From contig OZ245015.1 of NCBI GenBank assembly GCA_965223705.1, positions 2,592,001 through 2,656,000 on the forward strand: a stretch of 64,000 nt of DNA. The letters run 5' to 3'. The position numbers and the translations under genes are program-made. Each line of letters starts with the position of its first letter. Position 1 is the stretch's first letter. The notes below the pieces were generated by a model, which saw nothing but the letters and a program-made list of their open reading frames with translations, made no database searches and was not told the origin of the DNA. Positions 8,347-17,636 of this stretch are shown piece by piece. Origin of the DNA: Myxococcota bacterium. GTDB lineage: Bacteria; Myxococcota_A; UBA9160; UBA6930.

Positions 8347-9158
8347 TCCGAGGGGCGTTCGCGCAGCCGACGATCCGTCGCTTCGTCGGCCGGAAAATAC
8401 GACTCGATCCATAACTCTTGAGCGGTCACGTCCGTGGGCGTACCCAGGGACGTCAGCGTCGTGAAGAGCCGGAGCTCGAGATCGCCCTTCTTGACGTGGA
8501 CGGGCAAGCACACCGGAGGCGGCGACAGCGGATCGAGGCCCTCGAACCGTCCCGGCACGTCCGGGTATTTCGCAATCGCCGCGAGAAGCTTCCGCTGGGC
8601 CCCGTCCTCGCGTTCGAAGAAGGCGTCCCGGTGCATGCGTTCGAGCAGATGGCGACTGACCTCGTCCCAATTGACGACGGCCTCGCGAAATCCCTTCGGG
8701 CTGAACGCCGCATGCATGACATTCTGAGCGACTGCGGGGTCCGTGGGGTCGTTCATCAGCTCGGGAAAGAGCCGCGCCGCGGCGGCGTTCAGCTGCACGA
8801 GGTCCCACCCCGGGGTCACGGCAATCGCTGGAAAGGGTTCGTGGTGACCCAAGATGAGGTCGAGGGTTCGACGCACCGGAGAGGAGGCCTCGGCCGCGAG
8901 TGACGACTCGCGGTAGACCGCTGCAAAGCCGGCACTTAAGAGCAGCAAATTCCGATCGCGCAGTGGCAGATCCAGTGCGCTCGCGAGGACCAACACCATC
9001 TGGCGGCTCGGCATCGATTTGCTGTTCTCGAGAAAACTGATGTGGCGAGCCGAGACCTCGGCCGCGAACGCGAGCTCTTCCTGGCTCAGTCGGCGGGACT
9101 GCCTCCAGCTTCGCAGCAGGGGTCCAAACCCGATGTCAGCGACAGCGGCCTGCGCCAT
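8343..9158 (-). CDS. XRE-family HTH regulator with MmyB-like ligand-binding domain
   Basis: LRSWRQSRRLSQEELA...SARHISFLE...PSR HTH; C-terminal LFTTLTSLGTP...ELWIESYFPAD. Confidence 0.9.
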   Translation of the reverse strand: MAQAAVADIGFGPLLRSWRQSRRLSQEELAFAAEVSARHISFLENSKSMPSRQMVLVLASALDLPLRDRNLLLLSAGFAAVYRESSLAAEASSPVRRTLDLILGHHEPFPAIAVTPGWDLVQLNAAAARLFPELMNDPTDPAVAQNVMHAAFSPKGFREAVVNWDEVSRHLLERMHRDAFFEREDGAQRKLLAAIAKYPDVPGRFEGLDPLSPPPVCLPVHVKKGDLELRLFTTLTSLGTPTDVTAQELWIESYFPADEATDRRLRERPSD

Positions 9159-9189
9159 CGCACCATGCTAGCTCGGGGCATCAAGGCCC

Positions 9190-9210
9190 CCATGACCTCC
9201 GAGGTCATGG
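9190..9210. promoter_or_regulatory. Perfect palindromic operator CCATGACCTC-C-GAGGTCATGG
   Basis: 10-bp perfect inverted repeat with 1-nt spacer between divergent XRE regulator and DUF2834-like gene. Confidence 0.75.
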
Positions 9211-9256
9211 TCGAGTCACCTCGCAGGGGGGAGATTCTCAATCGAAGGGAGGACCC

Positions 9257-9571
9257 ATGAAGTCCCAACTCGCGTTTCTCGCTTTCGTGCTGATCGCCTT
9301 CACCCTGTACACCGTCGGTGTCGTCCTCGAAGAGGGTTACACCGGCTTCCTGACGCTGGCTTGGCGCGAGGCCTGGGCCGGACAGATGTTCGTCGACCTG
9401 GTGATCGCGCTGACACTCTTTCTGGTCTGGATGCTCCGCGATGCCCGCGAACAGGCGTTGCCCGCCTGGCCCTACGCGCTGCTGATCCTCACCACCGGAT
9501 CGATCGGCGCACTCGCCTACCTCGTCCATCGGAGCGCTCGGGGGATGAGGCTTGCGCCTGCTGCGGCGTAG
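9257..9571 (+). CDS. Small membrane protein, DUF2834-like
   Basis: 3 TM helices; QMFVDLVIAL...WMLRDAR...GSIGALAYL pattern; GGAGGA RBS. Confidence 0.75.
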   Translation: MKSQLAFLAFVLIAFTLYTVGVVLEEGYTGFLTLAWREAWAGQMFVDLVIALTLFLVWMLRDAREQALPAWPYALLILTTGSIGALAYLVHRSARGMRLAPAAA

Positions 9572-9647
9572 TGGAGCGGGAAACGGGATTCGAACCCGCG
9601 ACCCTCAGCTTGGGAAGCTGATGCTCTACCAACTGAGCTATTCCCGC
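9572..9647 (-). tRNA. tRNA-Gly (anticodon CCC)
   Basis: Reverse complement GCGGGAATAGCTCAGTTGGTAGAGCATCAGCTTCCCAAGCTGAGGGTCGCGGGTTCGAATCCCGTTTCCCGCTCCA: 76 nt, cloverleaf, TTCGA T-loop, encoded CCA. Confidence 0.97.
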
Positions 9648-9686
9648 GTCCGGCTGAAAGGTCGCATGCGGGTTCGGGCGGGGCAA

Positions 9687-10640
9687 CTACTCGTTCGGGA
9701 CGAGATCCTCGGCGCTGAATTCGCCGGTGGGCACTTCGTCCTCGTCGACCTCATCGGGCAGCGTCGTCAAATCGAGGGTGGACACCCCGCCGGGTGAGAA
9801 CAGGGTCGGCTGCGTGCTGGTCGGTGCGTACGACAACTCGAGTTCGGCTGCCGCCTTCTCGATATCGGCCTCGGTAGCCGCGAGTCGCCCCTCGAGATAG
9901 GCCTCGAAGAGGGCGTTGTCGGCGAGGATGTTGAGCCGTCGGGGGTTCCCCCGACCTCGATCCACCAAGCGCTTGAGCGCCCCCGATTCGAGGATGGCGG
10001 GATTCCCGCCGGAAGCTCGCATTCGGTGCGTCACGTACGCGCTCGAGGTACTGGCATCCATCTCGCTGAGCCGCACGCTGATCTCGACGCGCTCCATGAG
10101 CCCGGGCTCTTCGGCGAGCGCGGTTTCGAGTTGGGCGAGGCCGGCCAGGACCACGGTCAGCAAACGCCGATCGTCGTATTCGAGGTTGAGGAGCCCGCGA
10201 AGCTCCGCGAGCGCGCTGCTCTCGGCCAGGACCTGCGCTTCGTCGATCATCAAGACGGCCTGCCGGCCCTCTTCCCGCACCTCGACCAGCGCTTCGTACA
10301 CGCTCGCGAGCACAGCGGCGCGGTCGTCGGGAATCGACTCGATCCCGAGCTGAGCCGCGAAGCGGCGCAGCACCCAGTCGCCGTCGCTCACGCCCGGAAC
10401 CGGTACCAGGAGGCAAGCTTCGGTCTCGTCTTCGTCGAAGCTCTCGAACAAGTGTCGCAGGGTCATCGTCTTGCCCGTACCGGGCGGTCCCGAGAGAACA
10501 CACAAGCCCTTCCCCTGGCCGACCCCTCGCCGGAGGCGCCGCGCGCAGTTCGCGTGGACGTCGCTGTCGAAGAAGAGATCCGCCTGAGAGTCGTTCGCGA
10601 ACGGGTCCCGGGTTAAGCCGAAGTGTTGTAGATGTTCCAC
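9687..10640 (-). CDS. ExeA/GspA-family AAA+ ATPase
   Basis: HFGLTRDPF N-terminus, Walker A GPPGTGKT, Walker B LMIDEAQ, GNPRRLNILADNAL. Confidence 0.9.
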   Translation of the reverse strand: MEHLQHFGLTRDPFANDSQADLFFDSDVHANCARRLRRGVGQGKGLCVLSGPPGTGKTMTLRHLFESFDEDETEACLLVPVPGVSDGDWVLRRFAAQLGIESIPDDRAAVLASVYEALVEVREEGRQAVLMIDEAQVLAESSALAELRGLLNLEYDDRRLLTVVLAGLAQLETALAEEPGLMERVEISVRLSEMDASTSSAYVTHRMRASGGNPAILESGALKRLVDRGRGNPRRLNILADNALFEAYLEGRLAATEADIEKAAAELELSYAPTSTQPTLFSPGGVSTLDLTTLPDEVDEDEVPTGEFSAEDLVPNE

Positions 10641-10648
10641 GAAATCCC

Positions 10649-13600
10649 CTAGACGAATGAAATTTTGCGTTTGCGACGCTTCGACCGCGGCGTGTCGTCT
10701 TCCGGTTCCGCCGTTTCGGGCGAAGCCCCTTCCGGCTCTGGTGCGTCGGGCGCGGTGATTTCCGCTTCTTCTTCGGCCTCGACAACGAATTCCTCTTCGC
10801 CGGTGGGCGCGATCTCGTCGTCTTCGAGCACGGCAGGGGCTTCGGCACCGAACGGCTCGGGGTCGTCGTCGAGCAGCTGTGCCTCTTGGGCGAGCATGTC
10901 CTCATCCGCGTCCGTGAAAGGCGGTTCTTCGGTGAAAGGCTCGACTTCTTCCGCGAGGTCATCGAACGACTCGAATGATTCCGCAGGCGCCGCTTCCATG
11001 TCCTGACCTTGGACTTCCTCGATCAAGTCGTCGAACGACTCGAAGGTCTCGCCGGCCGCGGACCCTTCCGGTTGCACATCGCCGGATTCGATTCGCGCGA
11101 TGCGTTCGGAGACATCCCTGAAATCGGGAACTTCCTCGGCAACTTGGCGGAAGAAAGCGAGAGAGCGCTCGAGGTCGCCCGCAGCCTGACAGGCGTCCGC
11201 AAGGTCGTAACGCAACGCCGCGATCTGGTCTGCCGGGAGCTCTGGGAAGGACAAGGCCTGTTCGAAGTGTGCCATGCCGTCTTCATGGCGTTCGAGCGCG
11301 ACGGCGCACAACCCCATCATGTGGAGGCACTCGAGCTGGCGACCTTCGTCTGCCTGGGCGACGCGAAACTCGGCCAGCGCATCTTCGAAGAGACCCATTT
11401 CGCGGTAGGCGATGCCTAGATCGAAGTGCGTCGCCGAATCTCCGGCGTCGACCTCGCGCTCGATGTGCCGTTTGAAATCGGCGAAAACCTGTTCGAAGGC
11501 GGGCGCCTCGCGATCGGTGACCACCTGCGGTGTCTCGGCGGGCTCATCAAAATTGAGCTCGGCTGCGAGATCGAACCCTTCGGCGTCCGCGCCGTTGTCG
11601 TCGTCGGCTAGCAAGAACTCGGCGGGCGTCGTTCCCGGATCGTCGGCTGACATCGCGTCGGCGGCATCGAGGTCCGGAACATCGGTTTGTTCGGCCGCTG
11701 CGGCGGCCAACGCCGCGGTCAATTCCGACGTGTCGTCGGCATCGAAGCTCAGCGCTTCACTGGGCTCCTCGAAATCGAGTGCCCCCTGCGACTCGCCCAA
11801 GCTCTGCGTGTCGTTGGACGGGTCGGTGAGGTCGGGCGTCAGGGTCGCCGTGTGGTCGTCGTCGACCGGTTCCTCGAGCGGGGAGACGCGCCCTGACGCC
11901 TCGAGGGCATCGACTTCCGCGGGATCCGGAGCGGGCTCCGCTGCGATGTCGAGCTCCGCCGAAATCGCGCCCTCATCCGAACCGGATCGCGCCTCAAGCT
12001 CGCCCAGACGGACCAGGGCCTGCGGCTGATGCGGAATGACGTCCAGGATTCTCCGGTAAGCCGCTTCCGCCTCGCTCCACATCTCCTGTTGAAAGAAGAA
12101 GTCCGCTTCCTCGAGTTCGTCGGCGAGCTGACCGGGCTCGATGGACGCGGTGTCGCTCGCCTGGTCGAGGGATGAAATCGTCGAGCCAAAGTCGGAATCC
12201 TCGGGAAGCGGAGCGTTGGCATCCGCGTCGAGGGCTTCGTCGAGCTCCTCGGAGGAGAGCGACGCTTCGAGATCCGCGAGGTTGAAATCGTCGGACGCCG
12301 CCAAGTCGCCGTCGATGTCCGGGAAGTCGTCTGAACCCGCGTCGCGGATTTCTTCCTCGTCGATCGCGTCGTTCAAGGAGGGCGCTTCGACTTCGACCGA
12401 GGGCTCATCGGTGAAGGCGACGGATTCCGCCTCGTCCACATCGTCCGTGACATCCGTCGCTTCGTCGAAGTTCGGTATTTCGAGCTCGATGGACGGCTCG
12501 CTCTCCGGCGCTTCGAACTCGACCGACGGCGCCTCTTCCGGCATCTCGAACTCGACCGACGGCGGCGCCTCTTCCGGCGCATCGAACTCGAACGATGACG
12601 CCTCTTCCTGCGCTTCGGCGCCGACAGCCGCCCCGTCGTCGTCTTCCGGTAACTCGAAGCTGCCGGATAGATCTTCCTCCGGCGCATCGGCTGCCGGCGA
12701 TTCGATTTCGTCCGACCCGCCCGGAAGCGGATCGTCCGCGTCGGCGGCCTCGAGAAGCCTTCCCTGTTCCGGGTCTAGGCGACAGACCTTGTCTCGGAGC
12801 ACGCCGAAGACGCGATCGTGGCCGGCATCCCGGTAGAGCGCCGCCGCGCGGGCGTAGGATTTAGCCGCGTCGACGTTCTCTCCGGCGTCCTCCAAGCACT
12901 CCCCGAGTTTTGATAGGGCTTCGCGATGCTCCGGATCTTGCTTGAGGATCGCCTGCAAGCTCGCGATCGCGCGGTCGCGTTTTCCGTAGCGTAGATACAC
13001 GGCGGCTTCCGCGAGAAGCTGTGCAGGATCGCCTTCGACGTCGTCGGAACCGCCGACCGCAACGGGCTGATCCACGAGCGACGGGGCGTCGCTGCCAACC
13101 GTCGTTTCCGGGGCTTCGACGGGCAGCTCGAGCGCGTCCGATGTCGCATCGAGATCGAAATCGATCTCCTCCGACTGCGGCCGGGCATCGAGTTCGATCT
13201 CCTGTGCGGACGGCTCTGCCTCGACTTCCGCAGAGAGCGGATCCGGGTCGAACTCCTCCGCAGTCAGCGGATCGACCTGGGTTTCCTCGGCGGCCGAAAA
13301 CGCGAGCTCTTGCGAATCCGCTTCGTCGGCGGTGAGTTCGATCGAGGGAATCTCGAGCTCTTCAGCATCGTCCTCGAAGCTCAATTCGAACGGTGTTTCT
13401 TCGATCGCCGCGGACGGATCGGTCTCCGCCGCGGTCACCACGGGCATCTCGTCGCCCATCGAGAACACATCGGTGTGGTGGGTGGGATCGTCGAGCTCGA
13501 TGAGATCTTGTTCCGCGTTCGTGGGCTCGACGACGAGCTCTCCGGCGTCGACCAAGCGCTGCATCACGTCGCGCGCTTCCGCCTCATTGCCCCGGGCGCG

Positions 13601-14395
13601 GTGGAGCTCCGCGATTCGCTTGTAGAGCGGGTTCAGCTCGCTGTCCCGACCCATTTCTCGGTACGCCTCGGCCAGTGCCTCGTGCGCCGGGATATCGGCA
13701 TCGGCGGGTCCGGCGATGTGCTCTTCGAGAAGCGTCGCGGCATCGGCGTACTTGCCCTGGGCGAGGTAGCTGCGCGCCAGGTCCCCGATGTGTTGCTCGC
13801 GACTACCGAGTTCCATGACGCGTCGGATCGCTTTGGAACGCCCCTCCTCATCCCCGACGCGACCGAATTCCGCTGCCGCCGCCTCGAATTCCGCGACGGC
13901 GTCTTCCGTCAGGCCTTCGGCAACGAGCAGTTCCGCGACCTTCAGTCGATGGGTCGTATTGCTCGGGTCGATCTCCGCCATGCGTCGCAGCACGGCCAGC
14001 GCGCGGTTCTTGTCCCCTTCCTGGTGGAACGCTTCTGCGGCGGTCTCGAGCGACGCCAACGCATCCTTCGCGAGGCCGAGGCGCTCGTAGAGCTCGGCGA
14101 GCGGCTCGTGAAGCTCGAGTCGCTTTGGATCGATCTTGAGAATCTGCTTGTAGAGGGCGACGGCCTTCGCGTCGAAGCCGTCTTCACCGAAACGCTCCGC
14201 GACCTTCAGGTACGCTGTTACGGCTTCGTCCGTCTTCCCCTGTTTCAGGTGGACGTCGCCGACCTTGAGGCGGATGTTCGTATCCTTCGGGTCGGCTTGA
14301 AGAAGCTTCTCGTAGTCCCGTAGGGCCTTGTCGAGCGCGCCTTTTTGGAGGTGTTTTTGCGCCGACTGAAGAACTTTACGCTTGTTGATCGCCAA
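10649..14395 (-). CDS. sgmX: Large TPR protein with acidic linkers, SgmX-like
   Basis: N-terminal TPR array, central AEAAVYLRYG TPR block, C-terminal THFDLGIAYREMGL TPRs, basic tail RKRKISFV; position downstream of pilQ/roadblock and upstream of ExeA-like ATPase as in myxobacteria. Confidence 0.75.
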   Translation of the reverse strand: MAINKRKVLQSAQKHLQKGALDKALRDYEKLLQADPKDTNIRLKVGDVHLKQGKTDEAVTAYLKVAERFGEDGFDAKAVALYKQILKIDPKRLELHEPLAELYERLGLAKDALASLETAAEAFHQEGDKNRALAVLRRMAEIDPSNTTHRLKVAELLVAEGLTEDAVAEFEAAAAEFGRVGDEEGRSKAIRRVMELGSREQHIGDLARSYLAQGKYADAATLLEEHIAGPADADIPAHEALAEAYREMGRDSELNPLYKRIAELHRARGNEAEARDVMQRLVDAGELVVEPTNAEQDLIELDDPTHHTDVFSMGDEMPVVTAAETDPSAAIEETPFELSFEDDAEELEIPSIELTADEADSQELAFSAAEETQVDPLTAEEFDPDPLSAEVEAEPSAQEIELDARPQSEEIDFDLDATSDALELPVEAPETTVGSDAPSLVDQPVAVGGSDDVEGDPAQLLAEAAVYLRYGKRDRAIASLQAILKQDPEHREALSKLGECLEDAGENVDAAKSYARAAALYRDAGHDRVFGVLRDKVCRLDPEQGRLLEAADADDPLPGGSDEIESPAADAPEEDLSGSFELPEDDDGAAVGAEAQEEASSFEFDAPEEAPPSVEFEMPEEAPSVEFEAPESEPSIELEIPNFDEATDVTDDVDEAESVAFTDEPSVEVEAPSLNDAIDEEEIRDAGSDDFPDIDGDLAASDDFNLADLEASLSSEELDEALDADANAPLPEDSDFGSTISSLDQASDTASIEPGQLADELEEADFFFQQEMWSEAEAAYRRILDVIPHQPQALVRLGELEARSGSDEGAISAELDIAAEPAPDPAEVDALEASGRVSPLEEPVDDDHTATLTPDLTDPSNDTQSLGESQGALDFEEPSEALSFDADDTSELTAALAAAAAEQTDVPDLDAADAMSADDPGTTPAEFLLADDDNGADAEGFDLAAELNFDEPAETPQVVTDREAPAFEQVFADFKRHIEREVDAGDSATHFDLGIAYREMGLFEDALAEFRVAQADEGRQLECLHMMGLCAVALERHEDGMAHFEQALSFPELPADQIAALRYDLADACQAAGDLERSLAFFRQVAEEVPDFRDVSERIARIESGDVQPEGSAAGETFESFDDLIEEVQGQDMEAAPAESFESFDDLAEEVEPFTEEPPFTDADEDMLAQEAQLLDDDPEPFGAEAPAVLEDDEIAPTGEEEFVVEAEEEAEITAPDAPEPEGASPETAEPEDDTPRSKRRKRKISFV
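12480..12614. repeat. Four tandem 33-36 nt coding repeats (S[VF]EFE/DxPEEAP-type) in the SgmX-like linker
   Basis: Units start at 12480, 12513, 12546, 12582; core TCGAACTCGACCGACGGCGCCTCTTCCGGC. Confidence 0.8.
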
Positions 14396-14462
14396 CGACC
14401 CCTCCGTCCGGGACGTAATCCGAGAGATTGGAAAGGCGGACGGGCCAATCCCCTACGCCCTT

Positions 14463-14490
14463 GTATCGGGCGCGCGGGGAAGCCCCTTGA
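14463..14490 (-). promoter_or_regulatory. Sigma28-like promoter upstream of sgmX-like gene
   Basis: TCAA-N16-CCCGATAC on minus strand, ~70 nt before start. Confidence 0.65.
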
Positions 14491-14512
14491 GCTTCTGCAC
14501 AGGGGCGTTGGG

Positions 14513-14968
14513 CTACGAGAGACGTTCGAGAAGAGCGCGTAGGCCGAGCTTGTAACTATCCGGCCCAAAACCGGAAATCACCCCGACGGCGATGTCCGAA
14601 ATATAGGAATGCCGACGGAATTCCTCTCGCGCGAAGACGTTCGACAAGTGCACTTCAACGACGGGCAGCTCCACCGCGAGCAGTGCATCGCGAAGCGCCA
14701 CGCTGGTGTGGGTAAAACCACCGGGGTTCAGCAGGATCCCGTGGGCCGTGCCGAGACAGGCTTGGACCGCGTCGATGAGAGCGCCCTCGTGATTCGACTG
14801 AAAGGTCGCCACGCGACAGCCCGCGGCCTTTCCCTGCGCGATGAGCGCGGCGTCGATCTCCGCGAGGGTGGTCGCGCCGTAGACCTCCGGTTCACGACGA
14901 CCGAGCAGATTGAGGTTCGGTCCGTGAAGTACCTGGATCGCCGATGCGTGGCCTGCGTCGCCGCTCAT
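14513..14968 (-). CDS. aroQ: Type II 3-dehydroquinate dehydratase
   Basis: [45 protein letters not shown]. Confidence 0.97.
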   Translation of the reverse strand: MSGDAGHASAIQVLHGPNLNLLGRREPEVYGATTLAEIDAALIAQGKAAGCRVATFQSNHEGALIDAVQACLGTAHGILLNPGGFTHTSVALRDALLAVELPVVEVHLSNVFAREEFRRHSYISDIAVGVISGFGPDSYKLGLRALLERLS

Positions 14969-14999
14969 GAAACAACCCTAGCGGCTTCCGGCCTGCGGG

Positions 15000-15353
15000 C
15001 TAGAGCTCTTCGCGGAGAGCCAACAGGTGCCGGCGCATTTCGAAGCGCGCTTTTCCGAAATTCGCGTCGCCGTCGAGCACGGTCAACAAGAAGATGTCGT
15101 TGTCGACAGGACGCAGCAGGACCCACAGATTGGACGCGCGCACGATCAGCTCTTCCACGGCCCCGCCGCTCGATGCGTCGGCGGCTTTTTGCAGCTCGGG
15201 GAGAAAGCGACCGAACTCGACACCGACGACGTTCAAGTCAAAACCGTCGCGACCGACCTCGGCGATGGGGATCCCATCGACGCCCATCAGCGAGGCGCCG
15301 CGCGCGTCGGCGCAGCCGTTCAAGATGCTGTGAAGGACGGAATCAAAGCTCAT
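15000..15353 (-). CDS. Roadblock/LC7 domain protein (MglC-like)
   Basis: ASLMGVDGIPIA...NFGKARF motif; syntenic position downstream of pilQ. Confidence 0.8.
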   Translation of the reverse strand: MSFDSVLHSILNGCADARGASLMGVDGIPIAEVGRDGFDLNVVGVEFGRFLPELQKAADASSGGAVEELIVRASNLWVLLRPVDNDIFLLTVLDGDANFGKARFEMRRHLLALREEL

Positions 15354-15901
15354 CGGTAGGCCCTCCGGATGTTGAGCAACCAGCGCTCGAGGGTTTCCAA
15401 AACGGTGGAAGACGATGCGATCTCTCGGGAACGCATCGACGATCGGATTTCGGCCGCTTCGCCTGCGAGACCTTGTCGTTCGAGCAAGGACGCCATGGTC
15501 GGGGTCTCGAAACGCTCGTCCGGCAAGAGTTGACGATCGATGCCTTCGGGGCGATCCCCATCCACCGCCCGAGTCGCCGCCTCGGCGAGCTGGTTGGCGT
15601 CGATGATCTGATCCGTCAGAGCGGTCGCCTCCGCGAAGGCGCTGTCGAGCTCCACATCGGCGATCTCGTTGTCGCGATCGCCGGCCGACGCCGTTGCGTC
15701 GAAATAGCCCGCGAGCAATGCGCGCGCTTCGCCGGGGTTACCCAGGTCGAGCCAGGCCAAGCCCGCGACGAGTCGCGCCTCGAGGGAAAGCGGATCGCTC
15801 GCGAGGACGAGCTGCGCCGCGTCGAGCGCCGCCTCGGGCCGACCTTCACGCCACAGGGTTTCGAGTTCCGTCTGTGCGGGAGCTGTGTCTCGATCCGTCA
15901 C
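15350..15901 (-). CDS. TPR-containing protein conserved downstream of pilQ
   Basis: N-terminal TPR; TPTMASLLERQG motif and C-terminal LETLERWLLNIRR helix. Confidence 0.7.
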   Translation of the reverse strand: MTDRDTAPAQTELETLWREGRPEAALDAAQLVLASDPLSLEARLVAGLAWLDLGNPGEARALLAGYFDATASAGDRDNEIADVELDSAFAEATALTDQIIDANQLAEAATRAVDGDRPEGIDRQLLPDERFETPTMASLLERQGLAGEAAEIRSSMRSREIASSSTVLETLERWLLNIRRAYR

Positions 15902-16998
15902 TGCCGATCGACCTTCCTTCGCGCCGGGAGAATCTCCGCGGGCGAGAGCGGAACCGTCGTCGCTCGGCCCAAGGAGCGCAAGACGACGAAGCGGATCCGC
16001 GAAGCGGTACGTTTCTTATCGACCCGAATGGCCTCGAGATAAGCCTTTCGAGGGTAGTCGGGAAGCTCGGTCGGCAATTCCGCTTCGGCGAGCAGGGCCT
16101 CGAGGCGGTCGGCGGTGCCCGAAGGCGCGTGTCCGAGCTCTTCGGAACGGCGCGCGGCGAAGCTCATCCCCATCGCGACGGCCTCGCCGTGCTCGCCGCG
16201 GTAGCCGCCCAGGGCCTCCACAGCGTGGCCCAGGGTGTGGCCAAAGTTCAGCAGCATGCGCAGGCCCGCTTCCCGCTCGTCTCGAGCGACGACCTCCGCC
16301 TTGATGCCGCAGCTCTTGCGGATGATGGGCAAGAGAGTTGCCGGTTCGAGATCGAGGGCGCGCGCAACGCCGGCTTCGAGTTCCTCAAAATGCGTGCGAT
16401 CCCAGATCGCCGCGTGCTTGATGACTTCGGCCATGCCGGCGGCCCGCAGCCGTCGCGGCAGTGTCTCGAGCGTTGCTGCTTCCACCCAGACGAGGCGCGG
16501 CTGATAGAACGCACCGACCAGATTCTTGCCGCTCGGCAAGTTGACGCCGGTTTTGCCACCGACGCTCGCATCGACCATCGCCAACAGTGTCGTCGGTACC
16601 TGAACGAACGGAAGCCCGCGCAAGAATGTCGCGGCGGCGAAGCCGACCATATCCCCGACGACGCCTCCCCCCAAGGCGACGAGTACGGTCCGGCGATCGG
16701 CCTTGAGGCCGAGAAGCGCGTCGTAGAGCTTCGCCACCGTCGCCAGGGTCTTGCGACGGTCGCCGTCCGGGACCTCGATCTGTTTGGGAGCCAATCCCGC
16801 GGCGCGCAGGGAGCGCATGAACTTCTTCGCGTGGAGCGCTCCGACGGTCGGCGACGTGACGAGGACCGCGCGATCCGCCCGAGTCTGCCGGGCCACCGCG
16901 TCGCCGAACGCGTCGAAACGGCCCAGTCCGATGCGGATCGGGTAACTCCGATCGCCGAGCTCCACGCGCAGCGGGCGCAGCGAGCGCCCGCGCTTCAC
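15898..16998 (-). CDS. aroB: 3-dehydroquinate synthase
   Basis: ALGGGVVGDMVGF, QVPTTLLAMVDASVGGKTGVN, LNFGHTLGHAVE. Confidence 0.97.
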   Translation of the reverse strand: MKRGRSLRPLRVELGDRSYPIRIGLGRFDAFGDAVARQTRADRAVLVTSPTVGALHAKKFMRSLRAAGLAPKQIEVPDGDRRKTLATVAKLYDALLGLKADRRTVLVALGGGVVGDMVGFAAATFLRGLPFVQVPTTLLAMVDASVGGKTGVNLPSGKNLVGAFYQPRLVWVEAATLETLPRRLRAAGMAEVIKHAAIWDRTHFEELEAGVARALDLEPATLLPIIRKSCGIKAEVVARDEREAGLRMLLNFGHTLGHAVEALGGYRGEHGEAVAMGMSFAARRSEELGHAPSGTADRLEALLAEAELPTELPDYPRKAYLEAIRVDKKRTASRIRFVVLRSLGRATTVPLSPAEILPARRKVDRQ

Positions 16999-17546
16999 CG
17001 AGCGTCTCCCTCGAGCGCCACACGGATCTCCTGCATCACGTCCGCGGCACTTCGTCCGTCGGTCACCACACGGATCTTCGCTGTCTCGTAGTACGAACGC
17101 CGCGCTTCATAGAGTTCCCGCAGCCGATCCGTCCGGGCTCGCCGATCCAAGCCGGCGAGAAGGGGCCGCGTATCGTCGTCTCCGATCCGTTCGGCCAGAG
17201 TCTCGGGGGACGCCTCGAGGTAAACGACGGTGCCCGTCTCGGCGAGTCGATCGGCCGTGCCCGGAAACGCGATCGCGCCGCCTCCGAGGGCCACGACCCG
17301 CGCGCGACCCGCCAGACCTTCGATCGTGGCGCGCTCGATTCGCCGGAACTCCGCTTCCCCGTCGTCGGCGAATATCGTCGGGATCGTTCTCCCCTCGCTC
17401 TTCTCGATGGCTTGATCGGTGTCGACAAAGGACCGCCCGAGGGCCTCCGCGAGGAGCGGCCCGACGGTCGACTTCCCCGCCCCCATCAGGCCTACCAACC
17501 AGATCGTTCCGCCCGTTCGTGGCGACTGCTCAACCGGATCCCCCAC
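16995..17546 (-). CDS. aroK: Shikimate kinase
   Basis: LVGLMGAGKSTVG, DTD, FRRIE, ALGGG, RPLL; start approximate. Confidence 0.95.
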   Translation of the reverse strand: MGDPVEQSPRTGGTIWLVGLMGAGKSTVGPLLAEALGRSFVDTDQAIEKSEGRTIPTIFADDGEAEFRRIERATIEGLAGRARVVALGGGAIAFPGTADRLAETGTVVYLEASPETLAERIGDDDTRPLLAGLDRRARTDRLRELYEARRSYYETAKIRVVTDGRSAADVMQEIRVALEGDAR

Positions 17547-17636
17547 AACGCGAGGAGTATAGGCGACCCGAAACGCGAAACGGCGGAGCGGGTCGAAACC
17601 CACTCCGCCGCTCTGTCGTTTCAGCCCCTGCGCAGG

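Noticed and set aside
1..9571. Integrative element or prophage inserted at tRNA-Gly
   Set aside because: No integrase, transposase, phage gene or duplicated tRNA 3' end seen; composition looks like the rest of the window.
9687..10640. Type II secretion system
   Set aside because: Only an ExeA-like ATPase; the secretin, ATPases and pilins nearby are type IVa pilus components (PilT, PilMNOP, PilY1).
12480..12614. CRISPR-like array
   Set aside because: Repeats are in-frame, contiguous, lack unique spacers and lie inside a CDS; no cas genes present.
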